From: an uncultured SAR86 cluster bacterium
Lineage (GTDB): Bacteria > Pseudomonadota > Gammaproteobacteria > Magnimaribacterales > D2472
Length of the DNA stretch: 64,000 nt
Reading direction: 5' to 3'
Assembly (NCBI GenBank): GCA_902560315.1
Contig: CACELG010000001.1
Coordinates: 155,681-219,680, forward strand
In this document: positions 11,133 to 21,823 of the stretch, piece after piece
Layout: the number at the start of each line of letters is the position of its first letter
Numbering within the stretch: position 1 is the first letter of the stretch
Translations under genes and position numbers: made by a program
Notes under the pieces: generated by a model
What the model saw: only the letters and a program-made list of their open reading frames with translations
What the model was told of the DNA's origin: nothing
The model's database searches: none

Positions 11133-11714
11133 TTATAAGCCAAGTCTTTTTGTCCAATTGTCATCTGAAGGTTTCTGATGATTTACAACCATCTCTACTA
11201 GCTCATCTGGGCAGTCAGAAATTAATAATTCTTTTAAATTTTCAGATGAAATAAACCCCTCATCAACTGCTTTATGAAACCATTTAATTAGATAATCATA
11301 ATATCCATCAGTATTAAGAATGCCAACAGGTTTATTTATGATTCCTAATTGGTTGCTTGCCATAATCTCTGCAAGCTCATCCAGCGATCCCACACCGCCA
11401 GGTAAAACAATAAATGCGTCTGATCTAGACATAAACTCATCTTTTCTATCAAGTAAAGTCTTTGATACAACTATCTCGTTTAATCTCGGATTAGCAAGCT
11501 CTAACGCATGCAGTGATTCAAGAGATATTCCTAAAACTTCAACTCCATTATCCAAAGCAGTATCAGAAATAATTTTCATAAGGCCAACATTACCTCCTCC
11601 AAAAACTACGTTGATTCCTTTTTTAGCAATTAATTCTGCAATAGACTTAGCTGCTTTAGCATATTCTGGATTTTTGCCCTCGTGCGCTCCACAAAAAATT
11701 GAAATATTCTTCAT
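11133..11714 (-). CDS. LOG-family nucleotide 5'-monophosphate nucleosidase (TIGR00730-like)
   Basis: FCG, FGGGNVGLM, RK, LPGGVGSLDE, KPVG.LN..GYY. Confidence 0.9.
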   Translation of the reverse strand: MKNISIFCGAHEGKNPEYAKAAKSIAELIAKKGINVVFGGGNVGLMKIISDTALDNGVEVLGISLESLHALELANPRLNEIVVSKTLLDRKDEFMSRSDAFIVLPGGVGSLDELAEIMASNQLGIINKPVGILNTDGYYDYLIKWFHKAVDEGFISSENLKELLISDCPDELVEMVVNHQKPSDDNWTKRLGL

Positions 11715-11721
11715 AAATTAT

Positions 11722-12159
11722 TTAAGTTTTAAAGTTAAAAGTTACTGGTCCTTTGTTGACCAAATTAATTTCCATAAATGCCCCAAACTTTCCTTCTTTA
11801 ACTTTAGGAAATGAGTTTCTAAACTCTGTTAGAAATTTATCATACAATAATTTTGCCTCATCAGGTTTAGCAGCTTTGTGAAAACTTGGCTTGGTGCCTT
11901 TGTTAGTGATTGCAGCTAAAGTAAATTGGCTAACAATCAAAACCTCTTCATTAGAATCTTTTAAAGATTTTGATGATATGCCTTTTGGGCCATCAAGCAT
12001 TCTGAAATTTATTATCTTGTTAGTCATTTCTTTAACTTTCTCAAAAGAATCGCTTTCTTCAATACATACAAAGAGCAAGCAGCCGCTTCCGATAGAAGAA
12101 AAAGTTTTATCATCAATGATAATTTCAGCACTTGAAACTATTTGAGCGGTTGCTAACAA
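11722..12159 (-). CDS. dtd: D-aminoacyl-tRNA deacylase
   Basis: SQFTL and N.GPVT signature motifs; G.FGA.M. Confidence 0.93.
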   Translation of the reverse strand: MLATAQIVSSAEIIIDDKTFSSIGSGCLLFVCIEESDSFEKVKEMTNKIINFRMLDGPKGISSKSLKDSNEEVLIVSQFTLAAITNKGTKPSFHKAAKPDEAKLLYDKFLTEFRNSFPKVKEGKFGAFMEINLVNKGPVTFNFKT

Positions 12160-12162
12160 ATT

Positions 12163-13179
12163 TTATCTGTCTTCAAGTTCTTCTTCCCATTGGCCAAGAG
12201 AAGCAAGTTTGTTCATCTCTGCCCTATGAGATAATTCATCCTGAGAAATGAATACATTTTCTGGTTTTCCACTCCAAGCTTTTAAAGCTGCCGCTTGAAG
12301 AGCTCTTCCATAAGAAAAACTTAACTTCCACGAAAAACCTCCAATTTTATTCATAGCATCTAGATGAGCTGTTGCAAGAACATCTGACTGACCTCCAGAA
12401 AGAAAAGTTATCCCTGGAAGTTCTACAGGAACATTTTTAATTAGGCATTCCAAGGTTTTTGTTGCCACTTCATCAATCCCTGCTTGATCATTAGAATCTT
12501 TTCCAGAAGTAACCATATTAGGCTTTAAAAGTGTTCCTTTGATATTAATGTCATTTTTTTCTAAATGAGCAAATAGAGATTTTAATGACCGATCGGTTGC
12601 TGCATAACAATCGTCGATAGAATGTTCTCCATCCATTAACACTTCAGGCTCAACTATTGGAACCATTCCGTTATCTTGGGCACATTTTGCATAATTAGCT
12701 AAGGCCTGCATATTTGCATCAATACATTTATCTGTTGGGATTCCATCGCCAATATTGATAACAGCTCTCCATTTTGTGAATTTTGCTTCCATTGATGCAT
12801 ACTCTTTTAGTCTTTCGTCCAAGCCATCTAGTCCGATAGTTACCGTCTCGCCTGGGCAATCTTCAATTGGTTGCAATCCCTTATCGACTTTAATTCCAGG
12901 AAGGGCGCCTTGATTCAAAATTAAATCTCTAAGCAGCGTTCCATCTTCTGATGTCTGTCTTATGGTTTCATCGAAAAGTATTACGCCGCCAATATTGCCA
13001 TTCATGCCTTTTGATCTAAAAAGCATTTCTCTATAGTCTCTTCTATTTTCTTCTGTTGATTCAACACCTATAGAATCAAATCTTTTCCCACAGGTTGGAT
13101 TGCTCTCATCCGCTGCAAGAATACCTTTTCCATCTTCAACTATAAAGCTAGCTATTTCTTCAATATTATTAAGTGTCAT
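12163..13179 (-). CDS. fba: Fructose-bisphosphate aldolase, class I (Schiff-base, eukaryote-like type)
   Basis: GKGILAADES, GIKVDKG, KWRAV, VPIVEPEVL, LLKPNMV (Schiff-base Lys), FLSGGQ, FSYGRALQ. Confidence 0.96.
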   Translation of the reverse strand: MTLNNIEEIASFIVEDGKGILAADESNPTCGKRFDSIGVESTEENRRDYREMLFRSKGMNGNIGGVILFDETIRQTSEDGTLLRDLILNQGALPGIKVDKGLQPIEDCPGETVTIGLDGLDERLKEYASMEAKFTKWRAVINIGDGIPTDKCIDANMQALANYAKCAQDNGMVPIVEPEVLMDGEHSIDDCYAATDRSLKSLFAHLEKNDINIKGTLLKPNMVTSGKDSNDQAGIDEVATKTLECLIKNVPVELPGITFLSGGQSDVLATAHLDAMNKIGGFSWKLSFSYGRALQAAALKAWSGKPENVFISQDELSHRAEMNKLASLGQWEEELEDR

Positions 13180-13185
13180 TTTTAT

Positions 13186-14340
13186 TTAGCCCCCTGTAAC
13201 CTTTGAATTCAAAACATCTATTGATGGTAATATCTTGCCTTCCATAAATTCTAAAAAGGCTCCTCCACCTGTTGAACAATATGATACATCATCTGATTTA
13301 ATATATTTATTAATTGCCGACAACGTTTCACCACCGCCTGCTAAAGAAAATGCTTTGGATTTTGCTATTACTTCTGACAGATTCTTAGTACCTTTTGAAA
13401 AAGCTTCATTTTCAAACACGCCCATTGGACCATTCCATAAAATGGTTTTAGCTTGATCTATCAAAGCAACTGTTTCGTCACTTAAATAAACATCTAAAAT
13501 CATTTCTTCATCTAAAACTTTATTAATAGGAATTTCTTTTATATCCTCGCCCTCAAATGTTTTAGATGTTATTACTGTATTTGGTAAAACTATTTTTCCT
13601 TTACCAAGTATTTCTTTTGCAATATCTATCATCGAATCTTCAGCAAGAGATTTCCCAATATTTAAACCAGAAGCCTTCAAGAAAGTATTTGCAATGCCGC
13701 CTCCAACAATTATGTAATCAGCGACTGAACTAATGTGTTTTAATAATTCAAGTTTGGTAGAAACTTTTGCTCCTCCAATTATTGCTACGTATGGACTTTC
13801 ATAGTTATTTAACGTTTGAGATAAAAATTCATTTTCTCTTTCTAAAAGAAGGCCCGCACATGCTATAGGCGCATTTTTAATTGCTGAGTGGGTTGAAGCC
13901 TGCTCTCTGTGAGCCGTCCCAAAAGCATCAAAAACATATATATCTCCTAGACTAGCCAGTTTATTTCCTAGTTCTTGGCAATTTTCTTTTTCTCCTTTAA
14001 AAAATCTTATATTTTCTAAAAATTGAATATCTGTTTCACCATTAAAAATTTCATCAGATTCCAAGCTAGCAATTAACTCACAAGGCCTATTAATAATTGT
14101 TCCTAAATATTCTGTAACTGGCTTTAATGAAAATTTTTCATCAAAATTTCCTTCAATTGGTCTACCGAGATGACTTACCAATAAAACTTTTGCATTGTTT
14201 TCCAAAACATAATTAATTGTAGGTATACAAGATTCTATTCTTGTAGCATCTAAAATATTGCCGTCTTTTATTGGCACATTCATATCAACTCGTATTACAA
14301 GATTTTTATTTGCTATATCTATGGAAGATAGATTAATCAT
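13186..14340 (-). CDS. pgk: Phosphoglycerate kinase
   Basis: RVDMNVP, SHLGRP, ENIRF, DAFGTAHR, GGAKVSTK, WNGPMGVFE, STGGGAFLE. Confidence 0.97.
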   Translation of the reverse strand: MINLSSIDIANKNLVIRVDMNVPIKDGNILDATRIESCIPTINYVLENNAKVLLVSHLGRPIEGNFDEKFSLKPVTEYLGTIINRPCELIASLESDEIFNGETDIQFLENIRFFKGEKENCQELGNKLASLGDIYVFDAFGTAHREQASTHSAIKNAPIACAGLLLERENEFLSQTLNNYESPYVAIIGGAKVSTKLELLKHISSVADYIIVGGGIANTFLKASGLNIGKSLAEDSMIDIAKEILGKGKIVLPNTVITSKTFEGEDIKEIPINKVLDEEMILDVYLSDETVALIDQAKTILWNGPMGVFENEAFSKGTKNLSEVIAKSKAFSLAGGGETLSAINKYIKSDDVSYCSTGGGAFLEFMEGKILPSIDVLNSKVTGG

Positions 14341-16321
14341 TGATTAGTGATTTTGCTGCCTGTATTACATTGTCTTTATTAAATCCAAAGTGTTCAAGCA
14401 ATTCACTTCCCGGCGCAGATTCTCCAAATGTTTCCATACCGATTACTTTATCGTTTCTATTTAAAATCTTATACCAAGAGTTAGGGTGCGCACATTCTAT
14501 AACAAGGACTGGTTTGTTAGGGTTAATAACTTTATCTTGTAATTTATTGCTTTGTTTTAAAAAGACATCCAAACATGGCATTGAAACAACATTCGCATTA
14601 ATTGATTCATTCTTTAACTCTTTCGCAGCATCTATAGCTAGCTGAACCTCACTTCCAGAAGCAACTATAGTTATATTTGGGTCTTCGTGTTCTTCAAGAA
14701 GATATCCGCCTATATTAATAGAAGAAAGTTGTTCAGGCGTTCGCTCTATTGCTGAGGTTCCCTGTCTGCTAAAAATAAGACACGTGGGGGTTGTTGCTGA
14801 ACTCACAGCATTATTCCAAGCAACAGCTGTCTCAACGAGATCAGCAGGTCTCCAACTATTCAAGTTAGGAGTTGATCTTAAAGTAACTAAATGTTCAATA
14901 GGTTGATGAGTTGGTCCATCTTCGCCCAAAGCTACTGAGTCATGTGTGTAAACAAATATATTTGGCAAACCCATTAGCGCTGATAATCTGACTGCATTCC
15001 TTGCATAGTCAGTAAAAACTAAGAAAGTTGCCCCGTAAGGCTTAATGCCTCCATGAAGAACCATGCCATTCATAATTGCTGACATTCCAAATTCTCTAAC
15101 ACCATAATTAATATGATTTCCTGATGGATTCTCATTAGAAAATGTTGAACTTGAAGCTGAAAAGGTATTGTTAGAAGGAGTTAGATCAGCTGAGCCGCCA
15201 ACAAGCTCAGGCATCTCTTTTACAAAAAAATCTAAACAAGCTTTAGAAGCTTTTCTTGTTGCCATAGATGAATTATTTGAGTTGCAATCATTAAGAAAAT
15301 TAAGGAAGCTCTGTTGAAAGTTTTCTGGTAAATCGCCTTTTATTCTTCTTTCTAATTCCAATGACTCGTTAGGATATTTTTCTTTATAATTTTTTATTAA
15401 ATCATCCCAAATAGAATTTATACCAGCTCCTGACTTTTTAGAGTCCCAAAAATCATATACCTCTTTTGGAACTTCAAAAGCCGAATAATTCCAACCTAGA
15501 GCCTCTCTTGTTTTTTCAATTTCTTCATCTCCTAGAGGTGCTCCATGAACATCAGCTGTTCCGGATTTATTTGGCGAACCAAAACCAATTGTCGTCTTGC
15601 AAAAAATCATTGTTGGTTTATTAGGTTCTTCTTTTGCTTTGGAAATAGCATCGCTGACCTCTTCAACATTATGACCATCTACGCAAATTGTTTGCCAACC
15701 ATAACTATCAAACCTCTTAACAGAGTCATCTGTGAACCAATTATCTATTTCTCCATCAATTGAAATTCCATTTTGATCATAAAAACAAATCAATTTCCCA
15801 AGATTGTGAGTTGCTGCAAAAGAGCATGCTTCATGAGAAACACCTTCCATTAGACAGCCATCTCCCAAAAAAACATATGTGTAATGATCAATGGGTTTTA
15901 TGTCATCTTTATTAAACTCTGCTGCCAAAATCTTTTCTGAGATTGCCATACCAACAGCATTTGCAATCCCCTGACCTAGTGGACCTGTAGTTGTTTCAAC
16001 ACCAATATCTATATCGTATTCAGGATGTCCTGGTGTTTTTGATTTAAGCTGTCTAAAGTCTTTAATATCTTCAATTGAGAGATCATAACCAGTCAAATGC
16101 AACAAGCTATACAAAAGCATAGAGCCGTGACCATTTGAAAGCACAAATCTATCTCTATCAAACCAAGTTGGATTTGAAGGGTTATGTTTTAAATGTTTGC
16201 TCCATAAAGCGGTAGCGATTTCTGCCATCCCCATTGGCATTCCAGGGTGACCAGAATTTGCTTTTTGAACAGCATCAGCAGATAAAAATCTTAGAGCATT
16301 TATTGGTTCTGATTTTTGCAA
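14333..16321 (-). CDS. tkt: Transketolase
   Basis: SGHPGMPMG, RDRFVLSNGH, GDGCLMEG, GVREFGM, THDS..LGEDGPTHQP; TTG start. Confidence 0.97.
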   Translation of the reverse strand: MQKSEPINALRFLSADAVQKANSGHPGMPMGMAEIATALWSKHLKHNPSNPTWFDRDRFVLSNGHGSMLLYSLLHLTGYDLSIEDIKDFRQLKSKTPGHPEYDIDIGVETTTGPLGQGIANAVGMAISEKILAAEFNKDDIKPIDHYTYVFLGDGCLMEGVSHEACSFAATHNLGKLICFYDQNGISIDGEIDNWFTDDSVKRFDSYGWQTICVDGHNVEEVSDAISKAKEEPNKPTMIFCKTTIGFGSPNKSGTADVHGAPLGDEEIEKTREALGWNYSAFEVPKEVYDFWDSKKSGAGINSIWDDLIKNYKEKYPNESLELERRIKGDLPENFQQSFLNFLNDCNSNNSSMATRKASKACLDFFVKEMPELVGGSADLTPSNNTFSASSSTFSNENPSGNHINYGVREFGMSAIMNGMVLHGGIKPYGATFLVFTDYARNAVRLSALMGLPNIFVYTHDSVALGEDGPTHQPIEHLVTLRSTPNLNSWRPADLVETAVAWNNAVSSATTPTCLIFSRQGTSAIERTPEQLSSINIGGYLLEEHEDPNITIVASGSEVQLAIDAAKELKNESINANVVSMPCLDVFLKQSNKLQDKVINPNKPVLVIECAHPNSWYKILNRNDKVIGMETFGESAPGSELLEHFGFNKDNVIQAAKSLIND

Positions 16322-16474
16322 ATTATTTTCCCCTTTTGCTTAGTTGGATAATAATGTTTTTGAGATGAAATGCATAGATAAAATTGAATTTTTTCATATA
16401 AAGTAGTTAAATTGTATCTCGAATTCTTTTTTTAAAGAGTATCGTCATATTCAAAAGTTTCAGGGAGAGCAAAT

Positions 16475-17629
16475 ATGAGTTATATTTTTACGTCAGAATC
16501 TGTTTCCGCAGGACACCCAGATAAAGTCTGTGATCAAATTTCAGATGCAGTTTTAGACGCATACCTAGCCGAAGATCCAAACAGTAGAGTTGCATGTGAA
16601 ACAATGATCAAAAATAACATGGTTTATATTGCCGGTGAAATAACATCATTAGGCAGCCCAGATTTAGAGCCTGTTGTTAGAAAAACCATTAATGATATTG
16701 GTTACGATACTGACGAATATGGTTTTAATGGCGATACTTGTGAATTTACTAATCTTGTTTTTGAACAATCACCAGATATATCTCAAGGTGTAACTGAGGG
16801 TGAAGGAGAAAATCTTGAGCAAGGGGCTGGAGATCAAGGATTAATGTTTGGCTATGCTTGTACTGAAACTGATTCATTAATGCCTCTTCCAATTGATCTT
16901 TCTCATAGACTAGTAAAAAAACAAGCTGATGTAATGAAAAGTAATGAATTATCTTGGTTAAGACCAGATGCAAAAAGCCAAGTTAGTGCAATTTATTCAG
17001 ATGATGGTAAATCTATTGAAGGTTTATCAGCAATTGTACTTTCAACACAACATGATGAAGATGTAACCCAAGAAGAAATTAAAGAAGGGGTTATGGAAAA
17101 AATTATCAAGCCCATAGTTCCTGAAGAGTGGATCTTAGATTCTACAAAAATCTATATTAACCCAACTGGTAAATTTGTGATTGGAGGGCCTGTTGGAGAT
17201 TGTGGCCTAACTGGAAGAAAAATAATTGTGGATACATATGGCGGAATGGCTAGACATGGTGGAGGAGCCTTTTCTGGGAAAGATCCATCAAAAGTGGATC
17301 GTTCTGCTGCTTACGCTGCAAGATATGTTGCAAAGAATATTGTTGCTGCTGGCTTAGCCGATTATTGTGAAATACAAGTTTCTTACGCCATCGGTGTAGC
17401 AAAGCCTACATCAATAAATGTTAATACTTTTAATAGCGAAAAGATATCTAAAGAAGCAATTGAAAAAATTGTTGAAGAGAAGTTTGATTTACGACCAAAG
17501 AGTCTTATCAACATGCTTGATCTAAAAAGACCTATTTACCTTCCAACAGCTGCATATGGACACTTTGGAAGAACAGATATTGATCTTTCATGGGAGAGAA
17601 CTGATAAGGCTTCAGAAATTTCACAATAA
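16475..17629 (+). CDS. metK: S-adenosylmethionine synthase
   Basis: [32 protein letters not shown]. Confidence 0.98.
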   Translation: MSYIFTSESVSAGHPDKVCDQISDAVLDAYLAEDPNSRVACETMIKNNMVYIAGEITSLGSPDLEPVVRKTINDIGYDTDEYGFNGDTCEFTNLVFEQSPDISQGVTEGEGENLEQGAGDQGLMFGYACTETDSLMPLPIDLSHRLVKKQADVMKSNELSWLRPDAKSQVSAIYSDDGKSIEGLSAIVLSTQHDEDVTQEEIKEGVMEKIIKPIVPEEWILDSTKIYINPTGKFVIGGPVGDCGLTGRKIIVDTYGGMARHGGGAFSGKDPSKVDRSAAYAARYVAKNIVAAGLADYCEIQVSYAIGVAKPTSINVNTFNSEKISKEAIEKIVEEKFDLRPKSLINMLDLKRPIYLPTAAYGHFGRTDIDLSWERTDKASEISQ

Positions 17630-17654
17630 ATATTAATTAAAATAAGGAAATAAA

Positions 17655-19049
17655 ATGGAAAATGACTATAAAGTTGCCGATATAAATCTTGCTGAATTTG
17701 GAAGAAGAGAAATTTCTCTTGCTGAGAATGAAATGCCAGCGTTAATGGCTTTAAGAGATAAATACAGAGCAGAACAGCCTCTTGCTGGAGCTAAAATCAT
17801 GGGCTGCATTCACATGACAATTCAAACTGCTGTTTTAATGGAAACATTAATAGATCTGGGAGCAGAATTGAGATGGTCTTCTTGTAATATTTTTTCAACC
17901 CAAGATCATGCTGCTGCAGCTATGGCGGCAAAAGGTATTCCTGTTTTTGCCTGGAAAGGTGAAACTGATGAAGAATATGAATGGTGTATTGAACAAACAA
18001 TATGCAAAGATGGAAATCCATGGGATGCAAATATGATTCTTGATGATGGGAGTGATCTTACATCAATGGTTCATGCAAAATTTCCAGATATGTTAGAAAC
18101 TATTCATGGTGTATCTGAAGAGACTACTACAGGGGTTCATAGGTTAAAAGAAATGCTTGAGAAAGGTGAGCTAAAGGTTCCTGCAATTAATGTAAATGAT
18201 TCAGTTACAAAAGCAAAAAATGATAATAAGTATGGTTGTAGGCATAGTCTTAATGATGCACTTAAAAGAGGAACTGACATGCTTCTTTCTGGAAAGAAAG
18301 GGCTTGTAATTGGTTACGGTGATGTTGGCAAAGGTTCTGCCGCGAGTTTAGCTCAAGAAGGAATGATCGTGAGTGTTGTTGAATCTGATCCCATCTGTGC
18401 AATGCAAGCTTGTATGGATGGTTTTTCAGTTGTTTCTTGCTATAAAGATGGAGTTGTTACAAGAGACCCTAAAGACATAAATATGACTGTTATGGGCGAT
18501 ACTGATCTAGTAGTAACAACAACTGGTAATGTGAATGTTTGTGATTCTGCAATGATTAGTACTCTTAAAAATACTGCGGTGGTATGCAATATTGGTCATT
18601 TTGATAATGAAATAGATACAGCCTTTATGAGAGAGAATTACTATTGGGATGAAATTAAGCCACAAGTTCATAGAGTATTTAGAGATACTGCACCAGATGG
18701 AACTCCTGATCTTTCGAGCAAAAACTACATAATCTTACTTGCTGAAGGAAGGCTGGTTAATTTGGGAAATGCGACAGGGCATCCAAGTAGAATTATGGAT
18801 GGTTCTTTTGCTAATCAGGTTCTTGCACAAATACATTTATATAAACAAGGCTTTGCTAATGTAAATGATGCCGATAAAAGAGCTGAAATGATAACTGTTG
18901 AAGTGCTTCCGAAAAAATTAGATGAAGAGGTTGCGAGTTTAATGGTTGAAGGTTTTGGTGGGACTGTAACAAAGCTTACTCAGGATCAAGCAGACTATAT
19001 TAATGTTCCTCAAGATGGGCCCTTCAAAGAAGAAAGTTATAAATATTAA
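17655..19049 (+). CDS. ahcY: Adenosylhomocysteinase
   Basis: [47 protein letters not shown]. Confidence 0.98.
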   Translation: MENDYKVADINLAEFGRREISLAENEMPALMALRDKYRAEQPLAGAKIMGCIHMTIQTAVLMETLIDLGAELRWSSCNIFSTQDHAAAAMAAKGIPVFAWKGETDEEYEWCIEQTICKDGNPWDANMILDDGSDLTSMVHAKFPDMLETIHGVSEETTTGVHRLKEMLEKGELKVPAINVNDSVTKAKNDNKYGCRHSLNDALKRGTDMLLSGKKGLVIGYGDVGKGSAASLAQEGMIVSVVESDPICAMQACMDGFSVVSCYKDGVVTRDPKDINMTVMGDTDLVVTTTGNVNVCDSAMISTLKNTAVVCNIGHFDNEIDTAFMRENYYWDEIKPQVHRVFRDTAPDGTPDLSSKNYIILLAEGRLVNLGNATGHPSRIMDGSFANQVLAQIHLYKQGFANVNDADKRAEMITVEVLPKKLDEEVASLMVEGFGGTVTKLTQDQADYINVPQDGPFKEESYKY

Positions 19050-19094
19050 AATATAAAGTTCAAATTATGAGTATTTATGCTCATAATATGGACT

Positions 19095-19181
19095 GTGAAT
19101 ATCTATAAAAAAATCTTTGTCTTTTCTATTTTGATTATTCTCTATGGTTGTGGAGTTAAAGGACCCATAATCTTTTACTAG
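19095..19181 (+). CDS. lptM: Ultra-short LptM/YifL/LppL-family lipoprotein (28 aa)
   Basis: Hand translation from GTG: MNIYKKIFVFSILIILYG-CGVKGPIIFY* (alternative in-frame ATG at 19077). It has a lipobox, the CGxKGP family motif and the canonical position upstream of lysA-dapF. Confidence 0.82.
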   Translation: MNIYKKIFVFSILIILYGCGVKGPIIFY

Positions 19182-19193
19182 TCTGAGATAAAA

Positions 19194-20432
19194 ATGGACT
19201 ATTTTGCATACAAAAATAAGAATCTTTATTGTGAGGACGTTAATCTTCAAGAAATAGTTGAAGAATATGGAACTCCAACCTATGTCTATTCAAAAAAAAC
19301 TATAGAGAGGCATGTAGATGTATATAAAAATGCTTTTAAACTGCATAAAAACCTTATTTGTTTTTCAGTTAAATCTTTAAGCAATATTTCAATACTTGAT
19401 CTAATTAACAAAAAAGGTTGCGGTTTTGATGTTGTTTCAGGAGGGGAGCTGAAAAGATCGTTGCATGCGGGAGCTGATCCTAAAAAAATAATTTTTAGTG
19501 GAGTTGGTAAATCTTATGATGAAATTCTTTTGGGCATTAAATATGAAATTCTATCTTTTAACATTGAATCAGAATCAGAAGTAAACAGAATTGAAGAAAT
19601 AGCGTCATCTCAAAATAAAATTGCAAATGTTGCCATAAGGTTTAATCCAGAAGTTGATTCTGGCGGTCATGAATATATAAAAACTGGAAGAAAAGGAGAT
19701 AAATTTGGAATATCCTCGGAAGAGTCTGTATTAAAAATAGCTGAATATATTTATAAATCAAATCATCTAAAGCTTGTTGGTTTAGCATGTCATATTGGAT
19801 CTCAAATATTAGATCTTCAGAGTTACAAACTAACTGCAAAAAATATTAAAGACCTCTCATTTAAAATTAAAGATTTAGGTAATGAATTAGATTTTCTAGA
19901 TTTAGGTGGAGGACTTGGAATTCCATATGAACAAGATGAGACCCCATCACCTCAAGATTTAATTTCAATAATTGAAGAAGAATTAAAAGACATGGAAGAA
20001 AGAATTATCCTTGAACCAGGTAGAAGTATTTCTGGAAATGCTGGAATATTACTTACAAAAGTTGAATACATAAAAGATGACTTCCTTATAGTGGATGCTG
20101 CTATGAATGATCTTTTAAGGCCCGCATTATATAAAGCTAAGCATGATGTATGGAGCTTAAAAAAAGATGATACTAACTCTAAAGCTATGACAATAGCTGG
20201 TCCAGTATGTGAATCATCAGATATTATTGCAAAAGACATACATACTAACGCTGGAGAGGGAGATATTCTTGCAATTAAAACAGCTGGTGCTTATGGATTT
20301 GTAATGTCTTCGAACTATAACTCTAGAATGCGTTCAGCTGAGGTACTCGTAGACCAAAAAGAATTTAATATAGTACGAACAAGAGAAACATTTGAAGATC
20401 TAATTAAAAATGAGATAGGTCTATATGATTGA
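19194..20432 (+). CDS. lysA: Diaminopimelate decarboxylase
   Basis: FSVKS (PLP Lys), FDVVSGGE, KFG, HIGSQ, EPGRSI, GPVCESSD, GAYG..MSSNYNSR. Confidence 0.97.
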   Translation: MDYFAYKNKNLYCEDVNLQEIVEEYGTPTYVYSKKTIERHVDVYKNAFKLHKNLICFSVKSLSNISILDLINKKGCGFDVVSGGELKRSLHAGADPKKIIFSGVGKSYDEILLGIKYEILSFNIESESEVNRIEEIASSQNKIANVAIRFNPEVDSGGHEYIKTGRKGDKFGISSEESVLKIAEYIYKSNHLKLVGLACHIGSQILDLQSYKLTAKNIKDLSFKIKDLGNELDFLDLGGGLGIPYEQDETPSPQDLISIIEEELKDMEERIILEPGRSISGNAGILLTKVEYIKDDFLIVDAAMNDLLRPALYKAKHDVWSLKKDDTNSKAMTIAGPVCESSDIIAKDIHTNAGEGDILAIKTAGAYGFVMSSNYNSRMRSAEVLVDQKEFNIVRTRETFEDLIKNEIGLYD

Positions 20433-21207
20433 TTTCGAAAAATGGCATGGCAATGGAAATGATTTTGTAATTGTTAATTCAATTGAAACCAAAACGAAGA
20501 TAAGTAAAAACTTAATAAAAAGAATATCCGATCGAAATAAAGGAATTGGTTTTGATCAGCTTATAAATATCTGCCTTCCAACAAAGGATGATAAAGATTT
20601 TTTTATTAAATTCTTTAATTCTGATGGTTCTGAAGCTGGGATGTGTCTTAATGGTATTAGATGTGCATCAAGTTATATATGGAATAATGAATTTGCTCCA
20701 AAGAAAGCAATTAATATACAGACAAAATCTAAAAATCTTATGTGTACTCCTGAAAAAAATAATATGGTCAGAGTTGCAATAGATTTTCCAGCAACTTTTG
20801 AAGGAAATAATCTTGCTACTAAAATTAAAAATAAGATTAATGATGATTTTTTTATGTTGAACATTGGGAATAATCATCTTTGTATAAAAAAAGAGTCTAT
20901 AGAAAAAGTTAATTTAAATAAAATATATAAAAAACTAGAAGCAATCATTAAAAAATCAGATATAAATTTATCAATTTATAAAAAAAAAGGTGCTCTGATT
21001 AATATTAGAACATATGAAAATGGTGTTGGAGAAACTTTGTCATGTGGCTCAGCCTCATTATGTGTAGCTTCAAATTTCTTGACTGAGGATGGTTCATCCG
21101 TGAAGACTAAGTCAATGGGTGGAGAATTAGTTTTTAAAAAAGATGAAAATGTTATATTAATGTCAGGTCCAGCAAGTTTTATATATAAGGGTAATATCAA
21201 TGAGTAA
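20425..21207 (+). CDS. dapF: Diaminopimelate epimerase
   Basis: KWHGNGNDF, GIGFDQ, NSDGSEA.MCLNG.RC, E.GVGETLSCGS. Confidence 0.94.
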   Translation: MIDFEKWHGNGNDFVIVNSIETKTKISKNLIKRISDRNKGIGFDQLINICLPTKDDKDFFIKFFNSDGSEAGMCLNGIRCASSYIWNNEFAPKKAINIQTKSKNLMCTPEKNNMVRVAIDFPATFEGNNLATKIKNKINDDFFMLNIGNNHLCIKKESIEKVNLNKIYKKLEAIIKKSDINLSIYKKKGALINIRTYENGVGETLSCGSASLCVASNFLTEDGSSVKTKSMGGELVFKKDENVILMSGPASFIYKGNINE

Positions 21208-21820
21208 AAAGTTAGATTCTAAAGAAGTAGAGCTATTCTTATTAGATAATCTAGATTTTTTTGAGACTAGAGAGTCTTTAGTAAGTGAAATGAGTTTCAA
21301 ACACTCATCAAGTTCCGCTTCATCTATTCTTGAAAGACAGGTCAATAAATTAAGAGAAGATCATAAAAGTCTTATAAATATGCTTACTTCTTTTATGGAA
21401 ACTGCATCTATTAATGAAGATCTTTTTAATAAGTCAAAAAATTTAACCCTTCAAATACTTGAATCAAACACAAGAAAACAAATTATTAATAAGGTAGAAA
21501 ATAGTTTTAGCAAAGACTTTAAGGTAGATAAGCCTTTGCTTAAATTCCACAAAAATAAAAAAATTGATGAACTTGAAAAATTAACTGGGCTCTCTTTACA
21601 TAAAGGGGCTATTCATTGTGGTTCTTTATCATCTGAAAAGATGAATATTCTTTTTAATGATAAGAAAATTGGATCAATGGTCGTTGCTGTTATAGTCGTT
21701 GGTGACGAAATAGGCCTACTAATGCTTGGTAGTTTTGATAGATCAAAATATCTTGGAGATGAAGATACTACTTTTATTGAATATATTAGAGATGTTTTGG
21801 AGAAAAAATTAGCAAAATAA
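21200..21820 (+). CDS. DUF484 (YigA) family protein
   Basis: SILERQV..LR motif, C-terminal GS......DT.F; position between dapF and xerC. Confidence 0.85.
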   Translation: MSKKLDSKEVELFLLDNLDFFETRESLVSEMSFKHSSSSASSILERQVNKLREDHKSLINMLTSFMETASINEDLFNKSKNLTLQILESNTRKQIINKVENSFSKDFKVDKPLLKFHKNKKIDELEKLTGLSLHKGAIHCGSLSSEKMNILFNDKKIGSMVVAVIVVGDEIGLLMLGSFDRSKYLGDEDTTFIEYIRDVLEKKLAK

Positions 21821-21823
21821 TTT

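Noticed and set aside
16322-16474. SAM or SAH riboswitch upstream of metK
   Set aside because: No recognisable SAM-I, SAM-II, SAM-V or SAH consensus by eye; the region is AT-rich and must hold two divergent promoters. An Infernal search would be needed to exclude one fully.
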